Source: Candidatus Sumerlaeaceae bacterium (lineage in GTDB: Bacteria > Sumerlaeota > Sumerlaeia > Sumerlaeales > Sumerlaeaceae). Taken from it: a DNA stretch of 56,977 nt. Shown here piece by piece: positions 21,238 through 31,149 of the stretch; position 1 is the first letter of the stretch, and each line of letters starts with the position of its first letter. The DNA lies in assembly GCA_051003195.1 (NCBI GenBank), contig JBPCLP010000048.1, forward strand, positions 1 through 56,977. Reading direction: 5' to 3'. The notes under the pieces are model-generated. The model was not told where the DNA came from. It was given only the letters and a program-made list of their open reading frames with translations, and ran no database searches. Made by a program: the position numbers and the translations under genes.

Positions 21238-22023
21238 TTAGACTTCGGCGGGCGGAGCAGGTACAGAACCTGGTGCAGGCGCGGGTCCCGGTGCGGCTGG
21301 AGCCACGGGTGCACCGGGTAGCGATGGTAGCGGCGTTTGTCCGGGATAGGGCAGGGTAGGCAACCCTGGCGGAGGTGCCGGCGTTCCTGCACCTGGCACG
21401 AGCGGACCCGATGGTGTATCGGATGCTCCGGCCTGGCCGGGTAATCCTGGCACGCCTAGGGGATTCCCGCCTACGGCTGGTATTGATGGCGGAGCTACGC
21501 TGCCGGTTCTATCGCCTGATCGTGGCGAAGGCGGAGCGTACTCGCGGTTGAGTTCCGTCACAAACATCGTTCCAAGTGCTTCGCGTTTTACGTCGCGCTG
21601 GGCGAGGTTCGCCTGTTCATCCAAGGCAATTTTCAGCTGATTACCGACCTCGCGACGTACCGATTCCTCGAGGATTGGCTGCGCAAGGACAGATCGGAAG
21701 CATACCACGGCTGTTTCATAGTAATCCCGGGATTTGTCGGCGGCCGCTGCCCGACCATGCTTTAGCGCAAGTGCCGCGGCAATACGGTTTAATCGAACCG
21801 CACCCGGCTGGAGTTGCGCCGCTTTCGCAAATTGATTATATGCTCCAGCGTAATCAACGCGGTCGAGAGCGGCAAGTCCTGCCTTGTAAAACTGCTGCGT
21901 CTCTGCGGAATATGACTGCATTTCTGTAGCGTCGGGCAGCTTATAATCTTCGCACCACGCCATGCTGCAATTCAGAAGAACCGTCGTCGACACGACTAAC
22001 ACCCAGCTGTTACGCATTTTCAT
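21238..22023 (-). CDS. Exported TPR-like protein with Pro/Gly-rich C-terminal tail
   Basis: Signal peptide; FYKAGLAALDRVDYAGAYNQFAKAAQLQP is TPR-like; about 90-aa Pro-rich tail. Confidence 0.72.
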   Translation of the reverse strand: MKMRNSWVLVVSTTVLLNCSMAWCEDYKLPDATEMQSYSAETQQFYKAGLAALDRVDYAGAYNQFAKAAQLQPGAVRLNRIAAALALKHGRAAAADKSRDYYETAVVCFRSVLAQPILEESVRREVGNQLKIALDEQANLAQRDVKREALGTMFVTELNREYAPPSPRSGDRTGSVAPPSIPAVGGNPLGVPGLPGQAGASDTPSGPLVPGAGTPAPPPGLPTLPYPGQTPLPSLPGAPVAPAAPGPAPAPGSVPAPPAEV

Positions 22024-22255
22024 ATCGGCTCCCTTGCAAACGGACTGGAGCGGGACAGTCGTTTAAGGCAACTATCCCATCTACAGGCTTCCATCTCTTA
22101 TTCACCTTACGTGAGATCCCTGAATCGCATGCAACCTCTTTTTCCGCTTGTTCCGGTTGACGTGACTGTTTACAACCTTGGCACTGGCGTCTGTCAAAGG
22201 CTGCCGAGCGTCCCTCGCGGCCGCTATTTCGTATGTACTGGAGCTTGGATCGAGG

Positions 22256-22852
22256 ATGTCGAAGGACAAAGAGAAGGAAACGATTTTAACTGCCGCACAG
22301 GACGTGTTTGCCCGCAAGGGATCCCTGGCCACCAGCCTGGAGGACATTGCCAAGGAAGCAAAACTGGATTCAAAGAAGCTCAAGGCCCAGTACCCGTCCG
22401 TGGAAGCACTCCTCGATGAGATCATTGATCGCGATGTGACTGAGTCGTCCGAGTTGTTCACCAAAATCATAAATGACCGCGGCAAAGCTGACATAAAGTT
22501 GACCCGCCTCGTTCGGGAACTGCTCACGAAGTACCAGAAGAGCTACCCGCTTTTCCAGGTTATCAGTATGGGCGTCGACAATAATGCTGCGGACGACCAG
22601 GTCCTGCGGGGTCGCCTCAAACAGGAGCACCTCGATCGCTATCGCCAGAACACCGCAATCATCGGACGGCTTATCGCTCAGGGGCAGAGCGAGAACCTGT
22701 TTACCGATGTTGACCCGCTCGAAGCGGCCTATCTGCTGCGGGGCATGATCAGCGCCGCCATCCGCTACCGGAAGGTTACGCAGAAAGAGGATGATATGCG
22801 CGACCATGCTGACATCATCATGCGCGTCTTTCTCAAGGGCCTGCTCCGCTAA
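22256..22852 (+). CDS. TetR/AcrR family transcriptional regulator
   Basis: ATG 22256; ILTAAQDVFARKG..TSLEDIAKEA HTH; C-terminal LIAQGQSENLF..DP. Confidence 0.88.
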   Translation: MSKDKEKETILTAAQDVFARKGSLATSLEDIAKEAKLDSKKLKAQYPSVEALLDEIIDRDVTESSELFTKIINDRGKADIKLTRLVRELLTKYQKSYPLFQVISMGVDNNAADDQVLRGRLKQEHLDRYRQNTAIIGRLIAQGQSENLFTDVDPLEAAYLLRGMISAAIRYRKVTQKEDDMRDHADIIMRVFLKGLLR

Positions 22853-22861
22853 GGTTCAAAT

Positions 22862-22895
22862 GGACCTATAGGACTCAAACGCCTACAGGTCTACC
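22862..22895. repeat. Degenerate 9-bp-periodic GGACCTATA-type repeat between convergent genes
   Basis: GGACCTATAGGAC is identical to the reverse complement of the core of the 54141 array. Confidence 0.45.
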
Positions 22896-22904
22896 CGCGG
22901 TTCT

Positions 22905-24047
22905 TTACTTCTTCCCTGTTTGACGTTTGATGTAGTCCGTCTCAGTCGTCATGTAGGGCGTGCCATCGGTGCGGAAAATGTCATGGAACCACAGTTCGGG
23001 CTCAGCAATGTAGGGCTTGTCCCAGCTATCCCATGGATAGATGGTCTGGCTTTTCCCGGATACAAATCCCCAATTATACGCAGCAACTTTCTGCTCTTTG
23101 AAATAGCCGAGGATGGGATCAAAAGTGCTGCCGCGCGGTCGCGCCATGTACTCTGTGCAAAGTATTGGACGACCGTACCTGCGCAAATTTTCGACGCACT
23201 GCTTTACCTGTGGCAACTTATCATAGGTATGGAAGCTAATCACGTCGGAGTAATCCAGTTGGACTCGCTCAGTTGGATTGAGTTTAGCTGGATCAGGCCA
23301 CTGGCCGATCCACACCCCGGAAGTCAGCGGCTGGCTCGGTTTTGCTTCACGCGCCCAGGCAAATGTCTTTATCAGTAGCTCAGTCGCCGCTTCTTTTTTG
23401 TTTGGGATCTCCACCTTCGTGTACTGAGGCACGGGATTGTCGGGTTCATTATAAACGTCCCACACCTGCACGCGTTTGTCGTTTGCAAAATGGCTCACGA
23501 CGCCTGTAACATAGTGCTTCAGCGCGTCCTGTTTCGCTGGATCTTTCAGGATGTCGGCACCGGGTGCCTGCACCCATCCACTGTTGTGAACATGCGGCTT
23601 TGGATCGCGTTGCTTGCCTGGCTTGGGGAATGGGTCCCAGACCGAATCGAACAAGACTAACATGATCCCGATTTGATGTTTGTCAGCCGTTTCCAGGAAC
23701 TGTTCGATCCGCTTCAGGAAACCCTCGCGGTCGGTTTCCCATGGGATGTTGTGCAGAAATACACGCATGCTCGTGAACCCAAGGTCTTCTGCCCAGCCAA
23801 GTTCGCGATCAATAGCGGCCAGGTCGAACGTATCGGCCTGCCACATTTCCAATTGATTTATGGCACTCGCAGGTGCAAAGTTTGAACCCACCAGCCACGG
23901 CTGTTTTTCGTACCACGCATTAGCCTTCTCGGCCGGCCAGGGCGCAGTGGTCAGGCTATCGCCAGCTCTCGTAGTCGTGGAGTTGGTCTCGGCTGATAAT
24001 GTTACTGGAAAAAGCAAAACAGCGAAAAGCGCAATTGGGAATCGCAA
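22905..24047 (-). CDS. Secreted clan GH-A glycoside hydrolase (GH5-like; substrate uncertain)
   Basis: Signal peptide; SAINQLEMWQ, MRVFLH, WDVYNEP (acid/base), SFH.Y, CTEYMAR (nucleophile), WFHDIF. Confidence 0.88.
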   Translation of the reverse strand: MRFPIALFAVLLFPVTLSAETNSTTTRAGDSLTTAPWPAEKANAWYEKQPWLVGSNFAPASAINQLEMWQADTFDLAAIDRELGWAEDLGFTSMRVFLHNIPWETDREGFLKRIEQFLETADKHQIGIMLVLFDSVWDPFPKPGKQRDPKPHVHNSGWVQAPGADILKDPAKQDALKHYVTGVVSHFANDKRVQVWDVYNEPDNPVPQYTKVEIPNKKEAATELLIKTFAWAREAKPSQPLTSGVWIGQWPDPAKLNPTERVQLDYSDVISFHTYDKLPQVKQCVENLRRYGRPILCTEYMARPRGSTFDPILGYFKEQKVAAYNWGFVSGKSQTIYPWDSWDKPYIAEPELWFHDIFRTDGTPYMTTETDYIKRQTGKK

Positions 24048-24225
24048 GTGTCTGCAGTCCTTTCATTGGCCGTGTTAGATGTCGCATGCGCAGGCACCTG
24101 GCCATTTCTCAGCCAATGGCTCAACTGCTAAAGCCGAATGCAAGCACTCGAAATGCTCTTGAGCAGCCTTTCTGCCGCATTCGAATGGCAGCGGATTTTT
24201 GCCGCATTCGTGTACGCATGAGTCT

Positions 24226-25593
24226 CTAGTCGCGAGGCAGAAAACCGTCGGCAGCTGCATGATCCAGGAAGATTTCTGACATGCGTCGGCGCAGATCGAT
24301 CCCGTTCGCAGACTCTGGGAACATGGCGCGCTTGATGGTAAAGGCCGCACGTGCAAGCCCTGCCACGACTTCAGATAACTCATGGATATCCCGGCAAGGC
24401 GAACCACCCGGGAAAGGCTCAACCATTATATGAGATTGGGTGGATGGGATGCGGGGATCGTATGGCCTGTAGGGTACATCGCCGCTCGTATCGATTGCGA
24501 AATAATAACGTGGGTCCAGGCCTGCCTCACGAATCGCGAGTCGTGCGAGCTTCGCTTTGGCAGCAAGACCCTTCACTTTCGAAACATCCAGCGTCTTGAA
24601 GATGCGGCGCTCGATCACGCGATTCGCCAAGTCGCACAGGATATCATCGTCACACTTCCTCCAACGCTGGAGGGACGCATACACGACATCATCATCAAGC
24701 TGCAGGTAGTCTTCCAGCAGCGTTTTGTCTTTCGCCTTCAGCAGTCGCGCAAATGGCTCGTCCGCGTGTAGCGCGGGCAGCGCATTTTTTTTCGCAAGGT
24801 CGGACGCGCGCAGCAGCAGCTTCTCAAAGGCAGTCTCGCCCGCGCGCACCGTTTTATGCAGGTAGACCTGACTATACATATGGTATCGTGATTGCAGGTA
24901 CTTTTCAACAGGCTGTATGCCATTTGGGGCGACGACTATGTTTTCCCCTCGCGGATCGAGCCGCAGAACGTGCAGCAGCCGCTCAAAATCGTAAATGCCA
25001 TACTTTACGCCGGTCATCACACTGTCGCGTAGCAGGTAATCAAACCGGTCGGCATCGAGTTGAGATGAGATAATCTGTGACAGGAAGGGTGGGTGACTGC
25101 GGCCCTCGATAATGGCTACCACCTCACCCGGCAGGGAAGCATGGTGTCGCGCCAGGATGTGGTGAGTCACACTCTCATGACTCAGAATAATGTCCCGGGT
25201 CCACCTCTCGTGATGAACTCCCATGAACTTTTCAAAAACATGGCTGAGTGGACCATGCCCGATGTCGTGTAGCAGGGCAGCGCATCGCGTTGCAAATGCG
25301 ACGCGCGGCGGTATCACGCGTTCTTTGTTCAACTGGGTGATGATCCGCGTCGCCACCCACATGGCGCCAATGGAATGCGTAAAGCGGCTATGTTCCGCGC
25401 CCTGGTAAGCAAGGCTCGCAAGGCCGAGCTGACGGATACGTCGCAGGCGCTGGATTTCCGGAGCATCGATCAGTTCGATTAGCGTGCAATCCTCATGCGA
25501 GTTTTTGTCCAGCGCGATCAGGTCGTGGATAGGGTCCCGGTAGAGTTTCTCGCGGATCACTTTAATGGCCTTGCCGGAGTCTGCATGGCCCAT
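24226..25593 (-). CDS. HD-domain phosphohydrolase, SAMHD1/YwfO-like dNTP triphosphohydrolase family
   Basis: RDPIH, QRLRRIRQLG, HSRFTHSIG, LLHDIGHGPLSH, DADRFDYLLRD, MYSQVYLHK. Confidence 0.92.
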   Translation of the reverse strand: MGHADSGKAIKVIREKLYRDPIHDLIALDKNSHEDCTLIELIDAPEIQRLRRIRQLGLASLAYQGAEHSRFTHSIGAMWVATRIITQLNKERVIPPRVAFATRCAALLHDIGHGPLSHVFEKFMGVHHERWTRDIILSHESVTHHILARHHASLPGEVVAIIEGRSHPPFLSQIISSQLDADRFDYLLRDSVMTGVKYGIYDFERLLHVLRLDPRGENIVVAPNGIQPVEKYLQSRYHMYSQVYLHKTVRAGETAFEKLLLRASDLAKKNALPALHADEPFARLLKAKDKTLLEDYLQLDDDVVYASLQRWRKCDDDILCDLANRVIERRIFKTLDVSKVKGLAAKAKLARLAIREAGLDPRYYFAIDTSGDVPYRPYDPRIPSTQSHIMVEPFPGGSPCRDIHELSEVVAGLARAAFTIKRAMFPESANGIDLRRRMSEIFLDHAAADGFLPRD

Positions 25594-25721
25594 AGGCAGG
25601 CCGGGGGTTGTGGAAAAAGCAAAGAAAACATTGGCGCTGGCTGAATTAGGTGAAGCCGGAAGGCAAGAAATTGCTTGAATCCTCCGTGTCGTGGGTTTGT
25701 GTTGTCACGCGGAGTGAACCG

Positions 25722-26111
25722 ATGATCTGCCGAATAGTCCCTCTGCTCCTGTTGATGGCGCTGGCCAGCATCTGGCCCGTTGCTGCCCAGGCATCGCAGT
25801 TTATTGTTACTCGCCAGGACGGCGGTAAGAGCGTCGTTTACGATGTAACCACCGGCAGAAGTTACGTTACCAATAATCCCCAGCAAGTCATGTCTGCGTT
25901 GGTGAAAAGCCGGCGCATCGACGGTTTTGGCGGAAAAATTACCCAGAAGCAATTTCAGTCGGCCTCCCCAACACCTGTTCAAGCAACCACTGCGGAAGCA
26001 CGAAGCCTTGCCCAGAGTGGTTTGCGTGACGTAGGTCGCGTACCCGGGGCCGGAATAATTGTACGGCCGCTGCAACGCCTGCTCGCGGCGATGAGCCCCC
26101 CACGCCAGTAA
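25722..26111 (+). CDS. Exported hypothetical protein
   Basis: ATG 25722 followed by a signal peptide (LLLLMALASIWPVAAQA); no family recognised. Confidence 0.6.
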   Translation: MICRIVPLLLLMALASIWPVAAQASQFIVTRQDGGKSVVYDVTTGRSYVTNNPQQVMSALVKSRRIDGFGGKITQKQFQSASPTPVQATTAEARSLAQSGLRDVGRVPGAGIIVRPLQRLLAAMSPPRQ

Positions 26112-26170
26112 CCTTTCGCTGGTTTCTGTACTGCCTGTGTATTGCAGGCGGAAGTGGCTATGCCGATCCC

Positions 26171-26830
26171 GTGACCCCCAGCGGTTCTCGCCAACCTGCA
26201 GCCAATGTTTCCTCTGCATCCTCGAAGCCCAGCCCTGCAATAACCTACGAAGTTGCCAGTGCGCAGATAAGTTCATTGCTTCCGGTCGCCCTGGACAAGT
26301 TTGAACAGGTCTTAAAAAACGGGTTCAACTGGCGAGGCCAATCCGACGCCTCCTGTCACGCTCAGATCGGTTTAGGCCCCCAGGCTCTTGTCATTACCGG
26401 CGAGATCAGGGATGATAATCCGCTTGTGCAGACCCGCTTGCGTCCATTCATGGAAGATTGGTGGAAGATTACTTACGGCGCTGACGGCCTCGAGATGGAA
26501 TTTGATGATCCGACTTCTCTCACCCGCCGGCTGAAGCTTCTTTTCAATTTCAGCTCCGCCGGTACGCAACCACAGATTGAAGTACTGCAGAGCCCGAGTG
26601 GCTTAAAAGCTCTACCTGCTCCAGGCTCCGATTTGAAGCTGTACGAACTTGAACCCAGCAGGAAAAGAGCGGGCATCGCAGGATTTACATTTCGAGCAGT
26701 CATTCCTCTCGAAAAGCTAGCGGAGCCAGGCTTTTTCTCGGGTCCGCTACATATTGTCAGCAGGCTCCATGATGTAGACGGAGACTACACTAGTTACTTA
26801 ATGATGCAGGATATCATGGAAAAGCCGTAA
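26171..26830 (+). CDS. Hypothetical protein, possibly a CBM9/DOMON-like beta-sandwich; true start uncertain
   Basis: LVITGEIRDD..ADGLEMEFD..FRAVIPL..DVDG pattern resembles CBM9-like folds. The frame stays open upstream and encodes a hydrophobic stretch. Confidence 0.6.
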   Translation: MTPSGSRQPAANVSSASSKPSPAITYEVASAQISSLLPVALDKFEQVLKNGFNWRGQSDASCHAQIGLGPQALVITGEIRDDNPLVQTRLRPFMEDWWKITYGADGLEMEFDDPTSLTRRLKLLFNFSSAGTQPQIEVLQSPSGLKALPAPGSDLKLYELEPSRKRAGIAGFTFRAVIPLEKLAEPGFFSGPLHIVSRLHDVDGDYTSYLMMQDIMEKP

Positions 26831-26979
26831 TGGTTATTTTGCAACGGAAGCGCATGAGATCAAAAAAAGAGTTGTAAAAGGCCGTAACAAGGATTCCCTT
26901 GTTGGGACTCGAAAGCGGAGATTATTTCAGTTAGGCGCAGGCCTGGCTCTCGGGACACAGACTGATTTTGGAGTTTGGG

Positions 26980-27189
26980 ATGGCGTATAAGGATCTCCGT
27001 GCTTCTCTGGTTAAGCCTGATGGCCTGCCCGCAACGGGCGAGATAAAACGTATGGCGGAGATTCAGCAGGTCTTTTTTGAAATTGCTCTCGAAAATGGAC
27101 TGGCTGAGGCCGAATTCTTTCCGGACGGAACCCGGTCTGAGGAGCACAGCGTAGTAGTCTACGACAAGTTCACTCCTCACCAAAGCTGA
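26980..27189 (+). CDS. Small hypothetical protein
   Basis: 69 aa, GGAG upstream of ATG 26980, globular-looking composition. Confidence 0.55.
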   Translation: MAYKDLRASLVKPDGLPATGEIKRMAEIQQVFFEIALENGLAEAEFFPDGTRSEEHSVVVYDKFTPHQS

Positions 27190-27245
27190 TTTTTCGCACC
27201 GGTCCGGCACAAAGCCGCTCTTGGAGCTATGATGGCTGCGGGCGA

Positions 27246-28742
27246 ATGATCCACCAGTCAGTACAAGTCCCAACTCACATTGCATTTTCACCGTTTGAGC
27301 GGCTTGCTCAACGCAGCGTTATGCTCGTCGCGTATTTGAGCCTGCTGGTGGTTCCGCTCGCAATCATTCCTTACGTCCCGACGCAGACTCCCGCCGCACA
27401 CAGTAAGGACTGGGTCGTGCGCTCGCTTTGCTCGATGGCAATCATGATTGTACCGTTCGTGGGATGGCGTAAATTGTTGAGGAGCTGGACCCTCGTTGAT
27501 CTGGCGATCCTGGGATTCGTCGTCTGTCACGTGATCTCAGCGCTGGTGTCTGGCAGAGTTGCCTATTGTTTCCTGGAGCATTGGCAGACGATTGTCTGGA
27601 TCGGCCTGGGATGGCTCGTTTATCGTTTGCAACCAACGGTCGCCGATTTGCGCAAAGTTACCGCGGTCGTGGCATTTGCGGGTGCCGCATGTGCACTGTA
27701 CGGGGTGCTGAGCTATGCTGGCCTGGATGTACTGGGTTGGTTGTACCAGTTCCGGTTTACAAAAACCGAAGAAGGCGGCCGTAATTACATACATTCCTTT
27801 TTTGGCAATCCCGAATACTTTGGCGGTTACGCGGCGCCGGTATCGCTACTTTGCTTCAGCCGCTGCCTTCAGCCGCAGGTATCGCTACGTGTGCGCGCCG
27901 CGTGGGTCGGAGCCAGTGCAATGCTGCTACTGGCATTAGGGCTAAGCGGCAGCCGCGGTGCGTTTCTCGGGGTGCTGATCGGCGGTATATTGCTCATTGC
28001 ACGGCAGCTGCCCACATTGGGACGACATGCCCTGAAGCGAGTTTTGCTCGTGCTGGGCATTGGGATGATTTCGGGTATTGCACTGGTAGTTCTTTTTTCC
28101 ACACCCAATGCAATCAACCGCCGCGACATGCAGCTCGCTCAGCGTTTTGCAGAAGCAGTCGACCTGAGAAGCGCGTCGATAAGAGAAAGACTATTTTTCT
28201 ACGCTCTAACTGCCCGCGCTGTGAATGAGAATCCCGTATGGGGAGCCGGGCCCGGGACTTACCGGCTCGACTTCTTTCCTAATATGCTCACGCTGGAGCA
28301 GTCAGATCCAAACGCAGCAACCGAGATGATGGCGAAGGAATTACGCAACCGCCTTGCGGAACATCCACACAACGATTACCTGGAGTACTGGTACGAGCTT
28401 GGTACGGCTGGCGTAGCTTTCCTTCTGCTGCTGATATCTCTGGTTTTTGCGCGTTTTTTCATGAACCACTGGAGGACGACTCAAGCCACGGTCGAAGACG
28501 TACACCTTCAAGTGCTTAACGCAGGGATGACGGCTGCCATCGTGTGTCTCCTGGTGAATGCCGCGTTCAGTTTCCCGCTTCACCTGCCTGCTCGAGGCTC
28601 ACTATTCTGGATTCTTACAGGCTGCTTCTTTGCCTCCGATCTGGCGATGCGCACAAACAATGGCTCTTCGACGAAAATGCCACTTGCGCATGGTGCTAAA
28701 GCGGATGAACTCCGCAAACGCCAGATCACTGAGGAGTCCTGA
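27246..28742 (+). CDS. O-antigen ligase/Wzy_C family membrane protein
   Basis: Polytopic; [42 protein letters not shown]. Confidence 0.9.
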   Translation: MIHQSVQVPTHIAFSPFERLAQRSVMLVAYLSLLVVPLAIIPYVPTQTPAAHSKDWVVRSLCSMAIMIVPFVGWRKLLRSWTLVDLAILGFVVCHVISALVSGRVAYCFLEHWQTIVWIGLGWLVYRLQPTVADLRKVTAVVAFAGAACALYGVLSYAGLDVLGWLYQFRFTKTEEGGRNYIHSFFGNPEYFGGYAAPVSLLCFSRCLQPQVSLRVRAAWVGASAMLLLALGLSGSRGAFLGVLIGGILLIARQLPTLGRHALKRVLLVLGIGMISGIALVVLFSTPNAINRRDMQLAQRFAEAVDLRSASIRERLFFYALTARAVNENPVWGAGPGTYRLDFFPNMLTLEQSDPNAATEMMAKELRNRLAEHPHNDYLEYWYELGTAGVAFLLLLISLVFARFFMNHWRTTQATVEDVHLQVLNAGMTAAIVCLLVNAAFSFPLHLPARGSLFWILTGCFFASDLAMRTNNGSSTKMPLAHGAKADELRKRQITEES

Positions 28743-29845
28743 TGGCATCGCGTTATCTTAAAGGGAAAAAAATCGATCCGGAACCAATCGAATCAGGCAT
28801 TTCCGCGGCGGATCTAATCGACAATAACATGGTCGCGTACAACGGCGCGCGCCTACGTGAGGCGGCGATGCTGCTCACACACAAGTGTCTGCAGCCAAAA
28901 GTTACCGTTGGCGTGACATTAACCGGCGCTCTCACCCCGGCCGGACTGGGTATCTCCGCTTTAATCCCGCTGATGCAGGCGGGGTTTATCGACTGGATAA
29001 TTTCCACCGGGGCGAATCTTTATCACGACACCCATTTTGGCATCGGGCTCGAAATGCGGGTCGGCAATCCGCAGATCAGCGATGTTGTTTTGCGAGACGA
29101 AAACGTCGTGCGCATTTACGACATTTTTTTCGACTATAGCGTGCTGCTGAAGACAGATGCATTCTTTCGCAAAATTTTTGATGCGCCAGAATTCCAGCGC
29201 CCAATGGGAAGTGCTGAGTTTCATTACCTTTGCGGCAAGTACATCGCCGCGCGCGAGGAGAAGCTGGGCCAGCGCAAGCGGTCGTTGCTGAGCGTTGCCT
29301 ATCAACTCGCCATTCCCGTCTATACCTCCTCACCGGGTGACAGCTCAATCGGTATGAACGTCGCCGAGCGTCAGCTCGCCGGGTCCAAATTGACGCTGGA
29401 TCCCATGGTCGATGTTAACGAAACCGCCGCCATTGTTCTGGATGCCAAACGCAAAGGCGGCGAAAGTGCGGTCTGGATACTGGGCGGAGGATCGCCAAAG
29501 AACTTTGCGTTGCAGACTGAGCCGCAAATCCAGGAAGTGCTGGGGATCGATGAGCGTGGCCATGACTACTTTCTTCAAGTCACAGACGCACGGCCTGATT
29601 CCGGTGGGCTCAGCGGAGCGACTCCAAGCGAAGCCGTAAGCTGGGGTAAAATAGATCCCGACAAACTGCCCGATGCGGTGGTGTGTTATTGCGACAGCAC
29701 CATCGCTCTTCCGTTGCTTACGGCCTACGCACTTACCCGCGCGAAACCGCGTCCGCCCAAACGCCTGTACGACCGCCGCGAGCAGATGATGGATTATCTG
29801 AAGAAAGAATATATCAAAGGCGGGAAAAAGGGACTAAAGAAGTGA
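28742..29845 (+). CDS. Deoxyhypusine synthase-like protein (probable homospermidine synthase)
   Basis: [45 protein letters not shown] (catalytic Lys retained), DSTIALP. Confidence 0.92.
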   Translation: MASRYLKGKKIDPEPIESGISAADLIDNNMVAYNGARLREAAMLLTHKCLQPKVTVGVTLTGALTPAGLGISALIPLMQAGFIDWIISTGANLYHDTHFGIGLEMRVGNPQISDVVLRDENVVRIYDIFFDYSVLLKTDAFFRKIFDAPEFQRPMGSAEFHYLCGKYIAAREEKLGQRKRSLLSVAYQLAIPVYTSSPGDSSIGMNVAERQLAGSKLTLDPMVDVNETAAIVLDAKRKGGESAVWILGGGSPKNFALQTEPQIQEVLGIDERGHDYFLQVTDARPDSGGLSGATPSEAVSWGKIDPDKLPDAVVCYCDSTIALPLLTAYALTRAKPRPPKRLYDRREQMMDYLKKEYIKGGKKGLKK

Positions 29846-29917
29846 AATCAGCCATCCGCGTTATGGCAATTCAATCAGGCAAAGAACTTGCACCTAGTGC
29901 AGGGTATGATAGCCACA

Positions 29918-30322
29918 ATGCCAGTGACTGAGCGAGGCCAGAAACTTGTGCTGGTCGTTGAGGACGACGAGGAACAGCTTACCGTTCTGCGTATGATTCT
30001 TTCCGACGCCGGGTTTTCGGTGATAACACAATCCGACGCGGACCGGGTCATTCATGACGTGCTGGAGCTGCATCCAGCCATTGTTTTGATGGACGTCATG
30101 CTCCCCAGCCGTAGCGGCCTGGATGGCTTTGCGCTCTGCGCAGAAATTCGTCGGCATCCTGAGTTGCATGACGTAAAAGTGATCATTGTATCGGCCATTG
30201 CGCAGGGCGTGGGTGCGCAGCGCGAAAAGGTCCGCACGCAGATTGGGGCGGACGATTTCTTCGTCAAGCCGTTCGAGCCGCAAAGCCTCATTGAGCGAAT
30301 CAAAGAATTGGTGAACATGTAA
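29918..30322 (+). CDS. Single-domain response regulator receiver
   Basis: VVEDD, LMDVMLP (phospho-Asp), DG, IVSA, GADDFFVKPF. Confidence 0.92.
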   Translation: MPVTERGQKLVLVVEDDEEQLTVLRMILSDAGFSVITQSDADRVIHDVLELHPAIVLMDVMLPSRSGLDGFALCAEIRRHPELHDVKVIIVSAIAQGVGAQREKVRTQIGADDFFVKPFEPQSLIERIKELVNM

Positions 30323-30330
30323 CCGGCTCA

Positions 30331-31062
30331 ATGCCGCGGCACAAAAGTCGCGCGTTCGTCTTGAGCGCCGCCGATTATCGGGAAACATCGAAACTCCTTC
30401 AGTTGTTTTGTGAGAGCGAAGGCCGTATTTCCGTTATCGCGCGTGGGTTACGCTCTCCTAAAAGCAGGAAAGCCCAAATTGCCGACACCTTCAACCTGCT
30501 CCAGGTAACTTACACCCTCAAAGACGGAGCTACGCTCGGCATGTTAACCGGGCTGGAACCCGAGAGCTTATATTCCAAGGTGCGCTCAAACCTGGACGCC
30601 TACGCGCTGGCAAGTTACTGGTTCGAAATCCTAAAAGTCGCCGGGCAGGCCAGGCTTGCTTCACACGGCGTGTTTCGGCTGACGCAGAGTTTTCTCGAAT
30701 CACTGCAGGATGCCGCCAGCTTAAATACACTCAGCGTTCAGCTGTTTCTCGATTTCGCACAGGAACTCGGCTTCGGTATTCAGTTGTTCGAGTGCGGAGG
30801 CTGCGGCGTGTCCTCAGATATCCGACGCTTCAATATAGCATCGGGTGTGTCGATCTGCGGGCGCTGCCAGTCGCCACCCGGCCGAAGCCTGCCGATACCT
30901 GAGTCGCTAATCCCCAAGCTGAGTCGCTCTGCCGACGGGCTTTCTAAACAAATAAACAGCAGTAGCGCCGCATTGTTCCTGCAGCTCTACAATGAGTTCA
31001 TGTCGACGCACCTGGAGCACCGGTTTGGCACCTTCGCATTTTTGATAAAATGCATAACTTAG
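30331..31062 (+). CDS. recO: DNA repair protein RecO
   Basis: DYRETSKLL.LF..GRISVIARGLRSPKS; C-terminal zinc finger CGGC..CGRC. Confidence 0.93.
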   Translation: MPRHKSRAFVLSAADYRETSKLLQLFCESEGRISVIARGLRSPKSRKAQIADTFNLLQVTYTLKDGATLGMLTGLEPESLYSKVRSNLDAYALASYWFEILKVAGQARLASHGVFRLTQSFLESLQDAASLNTLSVQLFLDFAQELGFGIQLFECGGCGVSSDIRRFNIASGVSICGRCQSPPGRSLPIPESLIPKLSRSADGLSKQINSSSAALFLQLYNEFMSTHLEHRFGTFAFLIKCIT

Positions 31063-31149
31063 AGCTCATCCGTGCTCATTGTTTCCGCTTGCCCTGTATT
31101 CTAAGTACCCGGTCTTATAGGGCATTCTGTGTGTTGGCGGGTATTCTAG

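Noticed and set aside
24226..25593. HD dNTPase-like gene as an anti-phage defence system
   Set aside because: It belongs to a widespread housekeeping family and has no defence-island neighbours.
26886..26903. AACAAGG-ATTC-CCTTGTT hairpin as ncRNA or terminator
   Set aside because: Only a 7-bp weak stem with no clear U-tract or recognisable RNA family.
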